This document shows positions 48,745-61,983 of a stretch of 64,000 bases of DNA, piece after piece (position 1 is the first letter of the stretch; each line of letters begins with the position of its first letter). The position numbers and the translations under genes were made by a program. Source of the DNA: Antedon mediterranea (Eukaryota; Animalia; Echinodermata); NCBI RefSeq assembly GCF_964355755.1, contig NC_092675.1:15534912-15598911 (forward strand). Reading direction: 5' to 3'. Below the pieces are notes generated by a model that saw only the letters and a program-made list of their open reading frames with translations, searched no databases and was not told where the DNA came from.

Positions 48745-50135
48745 ATTGATTGATTGAATTTGATTGATTGATTGAATTTATTTGATGCTCAACATTAAAA
48801 TAACAAACAGACAAAAGACAAAATAACGAGCATCAGGAACACCCATTAGGCCGGAAAAACCAGCCCATTTCCAATGGGGTCCAAATTGCACATAACAAAC
48901 AAGAGAAAATACAACATTTATAAAAAATATATATATATGGTCTAATGGTTAGGACATCTGCATATCAAGTAGGCGGTCCGAGTTCGAGTCTCGGTTGGGG
49001 CGACTTTTTCTCATTCTCACAGATTTCCTCATCTTTATCGTTTCAAATTAATTAATGAAATTTCAGTATATCACCGGGGGGTTTAGAATTAATGTTCTTT
49101 GCCTGATTTGTATATATATATACATTAAAATAAAGCCCAGTAAAACAGAAAAATTAAAAGAGAAAGCAAACAAGTAATGAGAAAAATTGCACGTTATCAA
49201 GACCATTTAATAGTTATCAAAATTATTCTAAATATAAAATATTGCATTCAAAATGTTTTTTAATATGAGATTTATTTCCTTTAAGTAGAGGTAAAACCAG
49301 ATTAACATTACGTTGGCGTGTGTTATATGTGTGGATTGTGGATGTCCGTGAGAAATGTTCAGATAGATATGGAGCTGCATTGTTATTGACAATTTTATGA
49401 ACATTACAAAGCCTGAGAAATTTTACTCTACTTTCCACCTTAAGCATGCCAATGTCTGATAACTCCTTCTGACCAATATGAGATCGTGGTCTGAAACCGT
49501 AAATAAAACGCACAAATTTGTTCTGAGTGGTCTGTAGTTTTTGCTTCAAAACTTTGTCAATACCTTCATACTAAGTCGAAGCACAATAATCAAACAAGCA
49601 TTGAATTAAGGCAGAGCATAACAGTTTTTTCGTATTTTTGTCCAAGCAACTAGCCTGACGATATAAATACCTTAATCTACTATTCGCCTTTTTTATTACA
49701 CTTTTGGCGATGTTGTTACAAGAGGCAGAACTATCAAGTTCTATACCTAAATATTTTACTGATTTTGAACCCGTTAAAGTAAGGCCATGAGAAACGTTGA
49801 AGCCTTTTTTGGGTACAAAAGATAATAGATTCAGTTTTACTGATATTGATAGATAGTTTGTTATCGACAAGCCATACTCTACATGAATCAAGAGCTTTAC
49901 TATGTTTATCAGCGACGACAGTCGGATCTTTGTGCCAGAAAACAATTGCACTGTCATCAGCATATAACAGCAATTTGCATTCAGGGTCGATACTTACAAC
50001 CATATCGTTTATGAAACATAAAAAAAGCAAAGGACCCAATATGCTACCCTGTGGAACTCCACATGAAATATCCATGGGAACGGATAAGGAGTCTTCGATT
50101 TTAACAATTTGGCATCTGTTTGACAAATATTCAAA
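48745..50135 (-). mobile_element. L2/Crack/Daphne-type LINE 3' fragment
   Basis: CGVPQGSILGPLLFLCFINDM, LLYADDS, VKYLGIELD, KLQTTQNKFVRFI; (TCAA)n tail near 48745-48775. Confidence 0.88.
48938..49110 (+). mobile_element. 5'-truncated tRNA-containing repeat within (TA)n
   Basis: Begins inside the tRNA D-arm and ends ...GCCTGATTTG(TA)n like the other copies. Confidence 0.85.
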
Positions 50136-51147
50136 CCCATTGGGCCTTAGGTCTTACCCATTAGGCCTAAGCCTTATTTGGCTTACTCGTACATACCCAT
50201 ATTTGGCTATACTCTCGTACCCATTTGTTGGCTTACTCGTACCTATTTGTTGACTTACTCGTACCATTTGTTGACTTACTCGTACCATTTGTTGGCTTAC
50301 TTACCGATTTTATGGCGCAAAACTATAGGCCATAGAGTGAAATTTCTAACGTTTTATCCTGTAGATTTGAAAGTGATACAATGAATCAACGCCATAATTC
50401 TTTTAATAATAGGCCTAATATTAATTAAAATCTTAAACAAAAAGTTAGACGTTCAAAGCGTGAACAAATGAGAGAAAATAACTTTTAAACACCGTAATTT
50501 GAAAATTGTTTTAATTCAGTTTGCCGGCGACATTTTCTGGCTTGTTCAACAAATTGTATTTTTTGTTAGCTGTTTGTAATTTAAACGCTGTGGCTAATGA
50601 TACGGAACCGTATCCTAACTCCTTTTGCTAAAGGTACGGTAAAATTGCATTACGCCATAATCAACCAATGGGGTGACCTGTGTGACGTCATCGTATAAGG
50701 ACTTTTTTTTCATATCGCGTCTGTAGAGATTGCTTATCGGCGCCGCCAGGCTGCATGGACGTGTGCGCTGATTCTGTGACTCAGCCCCGGGGCTAGACCT
50801 AGCAATGTTGAATCCAGAAGTTTAATAACGTGCGACAATGTCAATGCTGTAGTAATAGAGCAAGTTCATGTGGTTGGTGGACGTTACATAAAGCATTAAA
50901 AACATGCACTCAATCTCAAATATTATTTCATTATACAATATACAGTATTATAATCCGATATATTGATAGCCAAATTAGAAGTAAAGGAATTATAATTCAA
51001 TGTTGGAAATTGTGTTGCATCTAGTTCATTCGTCCATAGTTACTATATATATGAGGGTTTCATTTTTATTCCAAATGGCCTATTTAAGCCTATAGTCCGG
51101 TGGCACCCGAAAGGGGACAAATTGCCATCCAACTTTTCTAGAAGGTA

Positions 51148-51444
51148 GGTAAGGTAAAGTCGAAACCTAAGCTAATGCTAACGGCCGTGGTGACCATCTC
51201 CATTTACTAAGTGTGTATGTTTGTGGGGGGGGGGGGGGGGGCCACTCCTCCTCCTGATTTACCTTCCCAGTACTTTTTACATACCGGTACCCATTTCTTA
51301 CTATCACCTGAGTGGGGAGGAACAATGTTGATAAAGAATCTTGCTCAACGACTCACTGCAGTGACCGAGCCGGGGCTTGAACCGACAACCTCTTGATTGC
51401 AAGTCCAATGCTCTAACCATTGCGCCACAGTGCTCCACCATTTG
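51148..51444 (-). mobile_element. tRNA-derived CORE-type SINE
   Basis: A box TGGCGCAATGG, B box GGTTCAAGCC, CORE-like TTGAGCAAG...CCACTCAGGTG...AATGGGTACC, (TTACC)-type tail, possible GAAGGTA duplication. Confidence 0.75.
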
Positions 51445-51719
51445 GAAGGTAATCGATCCGGATAGGAAGCATTTTTTAGATATAAGGGGTCGAACTTTAA
51501 AATTTACCAATTACAACAACGTATTATGTATTTATGTATTAAATAACAAATTTGGTCTTTTATTACATTTTATTATTTTAGGTGTCTTTTCAATCACCTT
51601 ATGAAAAAAAATCCTTGTGATGAGGGTCAAATGTCAATATTGACCTATCATAGAACGTACCTATAAAAACAAATAAAAAATAATATTTAACAAAAATTGG
51701 ATGTTTTCTTTTATTTTTT

Positions 51720-54700
51720 TTTTTATTTATTACGGTATATATAAAATTACAAAAACAATAGCACATAGCTAATAACGTTTGTATTACAATAAAAAGTATT
51801 GAAATGAAATCTATAAAAACTACAAAAATAAATTCGGAATATACAATTACAAAATTTCACAATTATTCACTAAAATTTAAAATATTAAGAATCTTAAAAT
51901 ATATACACAATTTTGGAAAATACAATTGCACTTTTATTTAAAAAAAACGAAAAATTTACATTATAATATACTAAAGTAAAACCTATCTGCACTGTTCTTT
52001 ATTTGATTATTATTATTATTATCTTTTAGTATAGGTGGCAACATTGCACAATTATTCACTAAAATATTCACAACATTAAAAATCTACAAAAAGATATTAA
52101 ATTTCGGAAAATAAAAGTTTACAGTATATATTAATATTAAACGTTGTCTGCAGTGCTCTTCATTTGATTATTTTAGGCGGTAATATTGCACAATCATTTA
52201 TTATATATTTTTTTAATTTAATTTTTCACAGGAGAAATTTAATTTGTTTATAATATAGGGAATCGTTGAATTTTTATATCGGTTAGTTTTTATTTTAGGT
52301 AATGTAAATCTATTGGGGTTACGTAATCTAGATATATTAGGTCTTTCAGCAGGCAGCATATTACGATGTCTCTCTGACTTAAGGATACCTTCTCCAAATT
52401 TTAATGTTAATTTTTCTCTACGTTCAGCAAGGCTGGTAATTTTAAGTTGAGTAAGGGCCGTATCATAGCTCTCATAGTCCTGGCCAAGTATAATTTTGCA
52501 TGCTCGCTTTTGCAACCTCTCAATTTCATTGGTCTGAAGTTTTGTAATGCTAGAGTGCCAAACAACACATGCATACTCAGTCAGCGGCCGAATATAGAGT
52601 TGATAAATACTTAACATGTCACCAATAGGTGCACTATATCCTCTCAATGCATAAAGAAGAAACATTCTTCTACTTGCTCTAGAGATAATACTTTTGATTT
52701 GGATATCCCAACCTAAATTGTCTTGTAGCTCAAGACCTAATAATTTCATACTATGTACAGTATCAATTTTTTCACCACTTATAGTAAATTGGGGGTAGTT
52801 TATTTGGGATTTCATAAAATTTATATTAATAACATGGCACTTCGAAGGCTTGGGTAGCATGTCATTTTGATTACACCAACAACTCAAGGAATATAAATGG
52901 GATTGAAGTTCTGATGATGTACTATTATTTTTTATATTAATTATTTCTCCCAGTGTTAGATCATCCACAAATTTCCAACGATTATCAGTGGTGTTACCCG
53001 CATCATTCACCATAACAGTAAATATGCTGGGTCCCAGTTTGGTACCCTGGGGGACCCCACACGTTATAGTTCTTAGTCCAGAACAATGTCCCTTAAATTT
53101 CACACACTGGGTGCGATTCATCAGAAAACTGCTAATCGTTGGAATTATCGACGGTCTAACACCAGATTCTATCATCTTTGAAATAGCGACATTATGGTTT
53201 ATCCTATCAAACGCAGTTGTGAAATCAACTGTACATAATGTGGCGTAGGTCCCTGGCACATCAATATTGGATATAACCGTATTCAACATATCTACTAAGT
53301 AGTGTGTTGTACTAGTTCCTCTCACGTTACCATACTGTTTACAATCCAATACTGGTTCGAAATCCGTTTTTAACCATCCCGCTAGGAATGATTCAAATAC
53401 TCTACCCAATATTTTAGTTAGTGAAATAGGTCGTAATTGGCCAACCATTGTCGGTTTTTTAACTTTAGGTACTGGTACAATTGATGCGGTCTTCCACACA
53501 GTTGGAAACACCCCTTCGTTTAGACAGGTATTAAAGATTAAAAACAGGGGTTGTGCTATTTCAAAAGAAAACAGCTTAATGAGTTTCACCGGAATATCAT
53601 CTGGGTGGCCAGATTTATTGGAGTTTAATTTGTTTAAACTCTTCCAAATTTCTCCATGGTATATTTTGGGGGGTGGTTTTGTAGGCAAGTACGAGGGAAG
53701 TGTTTCCAATCTGAGTGGTGGAAGCTGGCAACATACTCTTGAGAAATGTTCATTAATTTGTTCAGCCTGTTCTTCAACAGATTCACCATAATTATTTAAT
53801 TTAATATTGTCTGACTTGTAATGTTTTTAATTGTTTTATTCCATTTACCGGGTTGTGCATTTTTTAGTCCTTCTATATTATCCTTATAATGTTTCTCTTT
53901 AGCTTTGTTAATTTCATACTTTACTTTGTTTCTTAGGCTTCGCCATAAATTTATATTATTAGATCTATATGCCTTTTGTCGCTCATCAATCAATTTATGT
54001 ATGCGATAGTTCATCCACGGCTTTTCATTATTTCGTCGTCGAATTACTTTTTGCGGAAAATGTTCTTCGTATTTTTGTTTTAGTATATTTTCAAGGATTT
54101 CTGCCATTTTCTCTCCTGATTCTGCCAAATACACCTCCTCCCATGATTCCTGAGTTATCCATTGGCCCATCGATCGAATACAAGATTCTCTGAATGGCCT
54201 TGTGATCAAGGCTTTTGAGGTAGGCTTGCGAATTTGATTTAAAGGCTTCCAAATGATAACACAGTGGTCACTCTTGCCCAATGGACTGTGCTTTATGGGT
54301 GTTTCGTAAACATTATCAACATCAGTGACAATTTTGTCCAGGCAATTTTGTTTGCGAGTTGGGAAAAGAACGACTTGTTTAAGTAAGAGATGGTTTTCTA
54401 ACTCATCAGTATCAAATTCATTGAAGTCGCCTAGTATAATAAATGCTGCTTTATTATGTGTTCCTCGAATCTTATCCACTGTTGTCACAATGTGGTCAGA
54501 AAGCAGCATTGCATGGTTGCACCTCGGAGGGTAATACACAGCGCATATACATAAGATTGATCCAATACAAGATGGTACTTTAACCTGGATCCACACCACC
54601 TCAAGATTTTCGGGTATCACAGCTTCAGTAATGCTTGCAGATTCTATATGATTACGAATGTATACTGCTACACCACCTCCTTTTTTATTTGCCCGATCTT

Positions 54701-55460
54701 TACGGTATACTTCATATTCACATAATTTAAATTTTCCAGAATCACTAGGTAGATCGTTAGTAAACCAAGTTTCAGTGATAATAGCGATATCTCTTCATTA
54801 CAATTTCAAATTCATCCATTTTATTAACTAGTGAGTTAGCATTAGTGAGTAGTATTGATGGAAGTCTAGCTCTTTTATTAAAGGCATACTCTTCTCTCAC
54901 TATTTTAACTAGAACTTTAGGCAACCTATCCTGGACAATATTATCATCGCTTTTATTGTAATTTCTTTGACTTTGCGAAATTATAGTTGCAATACATCTC
55001 CGAATATTCCTTCCTCCTCTTCGAGAACGTTTGTGTTTGAGGATTTTATTATCTCTGAGGTATTGGTAAGTAAGCTCAGGAATACGTTTATAATTTTTCG
55101 CCAAGCGAAATGAAAGCATAAACTCACGGCTATCCGAAATAGGTCTAGGCCTAGGCTGGCTGATACACATTGTTCAGCTGGCTATTGTCTCACACCCACA
55201 GTCCGTGTTGTAGTGTGTCACGCTACAGTTCACACAGTCACTTTTAATCACCTTTAGGCCTAAGAATCAGTTTAGAAAAACAGTTATTTTTGGAGAGGCA
55301 CTTAGTCAGCAGAAATCAAAATTTAGGTTACTACACATTCAGCATTACAAACAAACACAATTCACGGTATAACAGTAACCAAAACAGTAAAATAAAGGTA
55401 AAAAGAAAAAAAATGTGTCCAGGTTAGCTAGGAGTACAGGCGTCAGCACTACAGCGCCCT
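51720..55460 (-). mobile_element. Near full-length single-ORF CR1-group LINE (L2/Rex-Babar-like), frameshifted
   Basis: AP endonuclease (TNANSLVNK, YYPP, LGDFN, LDKI, SDH) in 53796-55170 and RT (LRPISLT, GVPQGTKLGP, FVDD) in 52213-53709; A-rich repeated 3' UTR. Confidence 0.9.
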
Positions 55461-56794
55461 CTTATCCTTTTAATCGATCATACGCAATGTAAAAGAGCGA
55501 ATATGTCATTTCATTAGTTGACATAAGGTCACTTTTATCAGTTGACATAAGGTCAAAGGTCAACATTTTTATATGCGTATTAGTTAATTACCAAACAAAT
55601 GCAAAGTTGTCCAAACTATGATATAGATGGTTTTATAGTACAAGTAATCAAATTATTTGATCAGTAAAGTTATGTTATTTTATTATAATAATAATATGAT
55701 TATAAAACTGTAATTAATCAAATCAGACATAAAATGTTACGCTGACATTGAATAAAATAAATGGTAAAAGCACAACTTATAAAACTTTTCAAAATTCATT
55801 TTTCAAGGATTAGTCAGAACATGGTTTGGCTTGCAATATTCATTTTGAGGCAATAAACTATCTGATTTGCATCTGCTTCTTTATGTTGGCAATATATAAT
55901 TTTGGTTTTTATTTGTCTAGGTACTCAGATAACTGAGAATACTTAGTTATGTACTAGCCAGTCTGTGCACCTTATGTGTTTATTTCTAGATTTGGTACTG
56001 GTAGCTTTGTAAAGTTTACGAATTAGTCTCCATTGGTTTTTCACATGCGCCTTGAGCACTTTGGTGGATAAGTGTCTAACAAAATCTTACTATATTATTG
56101 GTTATCACTTTATAGTTTTTTTTTATTTGACAGGTCTTTGAGAAATGTGTGCCAATAATAATGACCATTCATTGTAAACATCGTTTATTTAGGCATTTTA
56201 TTTGTTAACATTTATTTAAATGTAAAATATTTTTATAGAGAACGTTTCTGTCTATTATTTACATACAGTAGAGAACATTTGATTAAGAAAAAATTATTTT
56301 ACTGTTATAGTATAGTATACAATTGAATTAAGCCTAGGTAAAGTACCAGCAACGTATTATCAATTGTTATACTTATCAATTTTTATCCTTATCACCTAAT
56401 TATCTTCCATGATTACATTTATTCGATCAAGTAAATATTAATTCTATTTAGATTCAATAAAAACGTTAATGTACATTTTATTGGTATATAAGATTGTTTG
56501 AATTAAGAACTCCCTGTTTTAAGCAAAGAGCCTGCAGGAGGGCTATGTGGTCGAATTACTCGTAGATTTTGTGCTACGTGTGTGCTATGCTGAACGAGAT
56601 TCCCCTTGTATAAAAAAAACACGCATTTATAGGGTGTCATTGTCAAATAGATTAATTAAATTTTAATAATATTATTCATGAAAAATAGAATTCAGTAGGC
56701 ATGATCCTACTTACCATATAATAAGCAGCCATTGACATCTTCCATGTAAAACAGCACCCTCAATTATTAACTTAGTAGCTAGCTAGATAGTATA

Positions 56795-57236
56795 CCGTAA
56801 ATCTTCTAATAGTAATCCACACTCTTAATAGTAACCGCCCTTCTAATAGTAACCCACCTTATAAGTCAATCTATAATAATAACCCACTACTCTAATAGTA
56901 ACCCATGCGGGTTACTATTACTATTAGAGTCACACTTATGATGCAACCGTATTTTGATAATGCATGTTGATCTCGGGTGTGGGGAAGGATTGAGTGTCTT
57001 TGAGTTTATAGAATAAAGTTTAGAGTTCAACCAAGTTTGTTTATTTCACTGTTTTATTATTTTGCTATGAGTTGCTGACCGGAAAAGTTGGGGTGGGGGG
57101 AGGGGGAGCTTACTATTTTCAGGTGCCTAATTTAAGATTAGTAATAGTAACCCACTACTCTAATATTACCCCCCCCCCCCCCTTAAAAAAACAATCAAAA
57201 AGAATAATAACCCAGGGTCAATTAGAAAAATTACGG
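56795..57236. mobile_element. Tc1/mariner (pogo/Tigger-like) MITE
   Basis: TA-CCGTAAATCTTCTAAT...ATTAGAAAAATTACGG termini with internal TAATAGTAACCC repeats; right TA not intact. Confidence 0.6.
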
Positions 57237-59119
57237 TTTCCAAAAACGGTGGCTGTACCTTTTTTGTACGAGTCTGTAAATATATTATACCTTTTAGGTC
57301 AGTAGTTTTTGCCATTACACTTAAATACAGTATCGATCATTATGATTGGTATCTAAAAATGTATAAAAACTGGGTTTAAATGTAATCAAATATACTTTAG
57401 CATTAAACATGAGTATGGGCCAGCCCATGATGGGTTTAAGTGAGCTAAAAATTTGGGTATGAGTTGGTGGGTACGAGTTGGCATGGGTATGGGTTGACCT
57501 ATATCCGACTAGAAATCTTGCTTTCCTGGCTATTATTAGGGACTTTACAAAAAATGACGTTTAGGGAAAGACGATGAATATAGAGCGTAAAATCATATAC
57601 AGTCAACATTAGTCGTTTTATTAGTTGCACGAAGACGACGATGACCAGTCTCTCCTGTCTCGTGGCGCTGGGCCCTTCTGAATTGCTTGGCTCTGGTTAT
57701 ACAGCATAGGCCTAGCCTTAGCCAGGGGGGAGTAACAAAGTATGAGGCAAATGAGGCGCGGGCCCCTTCTGAATCGCTTGGCTCTGGTGATACAGCATAG
57801 GCCTAGCCTTAGCTAGGGGGTAGTAACAAAGTTTGAGGCAAGCGTGGCAAGTCAAATATTTGTGTGAGGTATCGTTTTACCGTAAACAAAAAATGCGAGG
57901 CACCATTTATTATTTCCTAAAAGTACGAGGCAGGAATCCAACAAAATGAATGTAAAAATCCGGGACGATTCGGCCCTGAGACGTTGGTTCCACTTTGTGG
58001 GTTGAACGTCTCACATTATAGTCCAAACCAATGATTGTTAATATACATTTTTAGGTATTTTTTAATATATTTTATTGATATTGCAAATGTTATATAATTA
58101 TAATGTAAAATAAAATACTAAAAATTTTATATTGCAATTAATTATTTCGAAAACTGTTGTTAATTGTTTACATCATTCGCGTGGGTGGCTAAATATGATT
58201 ATTTTCGGCATTCTTTTAGGCCCTATATTTGTTTATCGCTTGTTTATAGTAGTATTACTACTACCCCATAGTTTCTCTGAAAAGAAAGTTGGAAAAAATG
58301 TTTATTTATGCTTAATTACAGATCTACAAAATTATGGAACTTTCTACCTAACAAAATTAAAAATTATCTTTATGATATGACAGTATCAACTTTCAAATCA
58401 CAAATTTCAAAACTTTAATTTTAATTGAAAACTAAATCTAATTAATGCTCAATGATACAACTTCTTTTATCTTGTTTAAAAATCTCAATTATTTCTGTTT
58501 TTACCTTCAAATGTGCTTACTTTAATTGTGTTAATTTGATTTTAACATTAACAATATTAGGTTTAATTTTATATTTTCTTTTGTCCATTTATATACTGTA
58601 TTTTGTTTACATTATGTAGTTAAGAACTGAACCACTTTGGAAATCAGTACATTGTATTGAAAGTGTATTTCAGAATAAAGAAAGATTAAATAAAATGAAA
58701 TGCACATCAAAGCCGATAAATTTAAGTTAGACGAAATCGTCCATACTGCCAGAATAGTATTTCAGAACCAATATTGCAAATACCTAACAAACAAAGGTAG
58801 ATAATTGTTCATTTATTAAACCCAAATTTTATCGCAAAAATCGTGCGGTTTTATGTTAAAAACGATAACATTTCAGCAATAACGACCTTGTTCACAAAAC
58901 TACCAAACTAGAGTATTTATGGCCCGCCCATAGTGCCTTTAATAGGAGAACAATAGCAGATCGGTTATTATTGTGTGTTCTTTCTTCTTACATTTTTCAA
59001 ATAATTATTGATTTAAATAAAAGTTTTCTTTTCTTCGTTTACAAATATTAAGTGAATATAATACTTTCTATGTCATAAACATATACTATACAGTATAACA
59101 CAGTGTTAAACATATAATT

Positions 59120-59830
59120 ATAATAAATTTTTATATGATTATTTCTAGTTTTAAGATTACACCTTGTGAGAGATTGCCATAAAAGATATACATTTAAATA
59201 TTGTAGCATAAAATTACATTTAAAAAATAACAAAAAAAAAGTTTTGATTAAAAAGCAAAAGTGTTTTCTGTTGTAAATCAGTCTGGTTTCATGTTGTTAA
59301 TTAATGCTTTGTTTTTGAGATTCTGATCAATTTTCTTAAAAATACAGTGGCATTGTTAGTGAGTTATACAGTAAGTACTAAGTTTCTAGGCAATTTAGAC
59401 TTGCGAGCAATACATGGACAAAAAGGTATGCAAAATCCACCTCACCTCACAAAAATACGGTAAAAAATCTCCCGTTAATTGAAAACAAACAACATATTGT
59501 TATAAAAACAATAAAAATCATCTTCATGAATGATGTTACCAAAATGAAAAAACAAAGCAAACACTATTTTCAAATAATTATTCATTTAAATAAAAGTAGA
59601 CAATCACTTTTCATATGATGCATTATTATTTCTAGTTTAAGATTTCTTAAACTTTTATTATAAGAGATTGCCATTAAGGATAGATAATTTAAATATTGTA
59701 GCATAAGTTTATTAAAAAACATTTACTTTAAAATTCTATTACCCAAAAAACATCAGTTTTTCTGTTGCAAATGAGTCTTGTTTCATGTTGTTAATTAATG
59801 CTTTGTTTTTCTGATTCCGATAATTGTTTG
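59120..59830. repeat. Diverged ~200-bp direct duplication (about 59135-59335 and 59625-59830)
   Basis: Shared GAGATTGCCAT...TTTAAATATTGTAGCATAA...TTTCATGTTGTTAATTAATGCTTTGTTTTT. Confidence 0.7.
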
Positions 59831-61949
59831 TACAGTACAGTACATGTTAGCAACATGTGATGATTCCCAGTATATATAAATATGATATCTGATCTGATAT
59901 ATAAGAATAAAACAAACTAATTAAAAGAAATAACATTACTTATTTCAGCAAGTAAACAGATTTAAGAATGCCTGATGAGTTTGTCTGGATATTGCCAAAA
60001 GTTTCCTTTAAATGTAATAAACTAAATAAAATGAATTGTACTGTACATTATATATTTTTAAATTTAAATTTTTGTTTTTAATAATGTTTTATACATGCCC
60101 TATAAAGTATAATTTTGTATTTATTATTTAGATTTGTTTGATACACTAATTTTTAGAAAGCAAAATGTGTATACACATACCCCTTTCCAATCAATAATTT
60201 TACAATTAATGCAAAATATTGTTGCAGCAGCTCAATGACAACATGGTTAGCCATTTGCTGACACAGGCCTCACACATTCTTCCCATGTACATGGGCATTC
60301 TTCTAAGTTTGAAAATCAGCATTTGAAAAAAAAATGCAGAAGGTCTTACTTAACTGCAGTGCACTGCCCTATGTTCAATTAAAAAGTTCACTACTTATCT
60401 CATTTTATTTAATTCATACTGTATATATGTATTTTGACTATTTCTCCTAGCACTGAACATCAAAATACATTTTTTATACTAATAGGCCTAAATTAATAGG
60501 TTCTACCATCTTTTTAAAAGGTTGCAGTGAATACAAGAATAAATTATGAACACACCCAGGCGTTCCATAAGCTGATAGCAATAATTGCATCCCACCGAAT
60601 GAATACAGTATAAATAAATAATTATATTTATTAAAGATGAATATCTGAAAGCATGATAAACTTATATTTTCAATTAAATTGCGATTTTGTAAAAGGTAGT
60701 CCCGAATTAAATGGAAAACTTCCTTCGCAAACAGTTCATCTAAGCACTGTTAAAAACACTGGTTTTCATTCCCCGGTGAGTCGACTGCACTCTTGTTATT
60801 TCTACCTGTTTTGTTTAGAGAAGGCACCAAACACGTTTAGACATCTTTGGATATCGGTTTTTTTTTGGTAACCCTATTGAAAATGTTAAAAACTGAGAGC
60901 ATGAAGCATGTCCATATGATAACCGATACGACCTCATGCCAATCAAGCACTGAGTCATTTAATGTTGATTGTCATACTAGTATAGCAACAACAGCAATCG
61001 TCGGAAGACTGTCGGTGAATAAAAAAAGGCACATACGGATGGCAACTATCCACACACAACTTGAACAGTTTAGGACACTGTTGTAAAAATGAACTCAAAT
61101 AATTTGACATGATGAATATTTATTTATTCATTTGTATTTTTTATGATATAGTCTATTATAAAAATATAAATAATTGATTTATACAATAGCATAGTAGCAC
61201 GTTAAGATATGCCCGCACTTTTTTGAAATTGTAAACTACATGCCTCGATGATCTAGGTGCGTGTGCGTACAATTGAGGGACTAGTGCTGTTCGCGTTTTG
61301 TGGGTACCTATTTTGTGCTAAACAGATGGCAATAAACAATCGATACCGATTTCGAATAAGAACTGAAATGTATTTATTATACGTTTTTGTATTGTTTCGG
61401 GCTTAAACCATAAAAGAAAATACAGTTTATCATTGCCGATAAAGAGGCTTAGCATTTATTAGGCCTAGCTAGCTAGCTAAGCAAACTCAATTCAAGAAGG
61501 CTCATCGCGTGGGCCGCGATCGCGACAGGGCAGGGTCCACTAGCCATAGCGCGGCTAGTGAGTGAACCTAGGCCTAGCATTTTTTTTTGCAAATCTGAAA
61601 GTCGAAGTTCACGTAACTCACATTTTTATTTCGCGTTCCATACTTTATTAGAGGCTGACTTGTTTGGGGCCTACTTGACGTGGGTCCGACTTGACGTGGG
61701 GCCAAGACAGTTTAGGGCCGATCGAATTCGGTAGAGAACTTTACTGTGGAGACTTCGTACCAATAACACACATGTCATAAGGGAGTCACTAGGCCTAAGT
61801 CCAAGTTATATTTTGCTTTTGTAGTAGATATGCCTACCTTGATGAAGTTAACCCTACCTGGAAAATCAAGCCCACCCACATTCACTTTCCATTTTCATAT
61901 TATGTTTTATTAATATTAACGTTTTATTTTTCTTATATTCCATTTCTAG

Positions 61950-61983
61950 GTTTCCTTCCTTCCAATTTGTCGGTATAGGTCAG
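61950..61983 (+). CDS. SLC35D: SLC35D-family transporter coding exon 2
   Basis: tttctag/G TTT CCT TCC...GGT CAG/gtaaat = (K)FPSFQFVGIGQ, matching FPS...GIGQ; phase 2 in, phase 0 out. Confidence 0.88.

Noticed and set aside
50640-50800. CCAAT, CRE (TGACGTCA) and AP-1 (TGACTCA) motif cluster as an intronic enhancer or promoter
   Set aside because: Short motifs inside TE-rich DNA with no linked exon; cannot be supported from sequence alone
51360-51437. tRNA-Cys(GCA) gene
   Set aside because: Stems are imperfect and it runs straight into a CORE-like body and simple-repeat tail, so it is a SINE head
48632-57506. Large MULE-like element bounded by GGTCAACCCAT...ATGGGTTGACC
   Set aside because: Inverted similarity is visible, but the left end is degraded and no convincing TSD was found, so boundaries are unsupported
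57660-57850. ~90-bp tandem duplication with a hAT-like start (CAGGGG...GAGGCAAATGAGGC)
   Set aside because: No partner TIR or TSD found; probably a decayed element end
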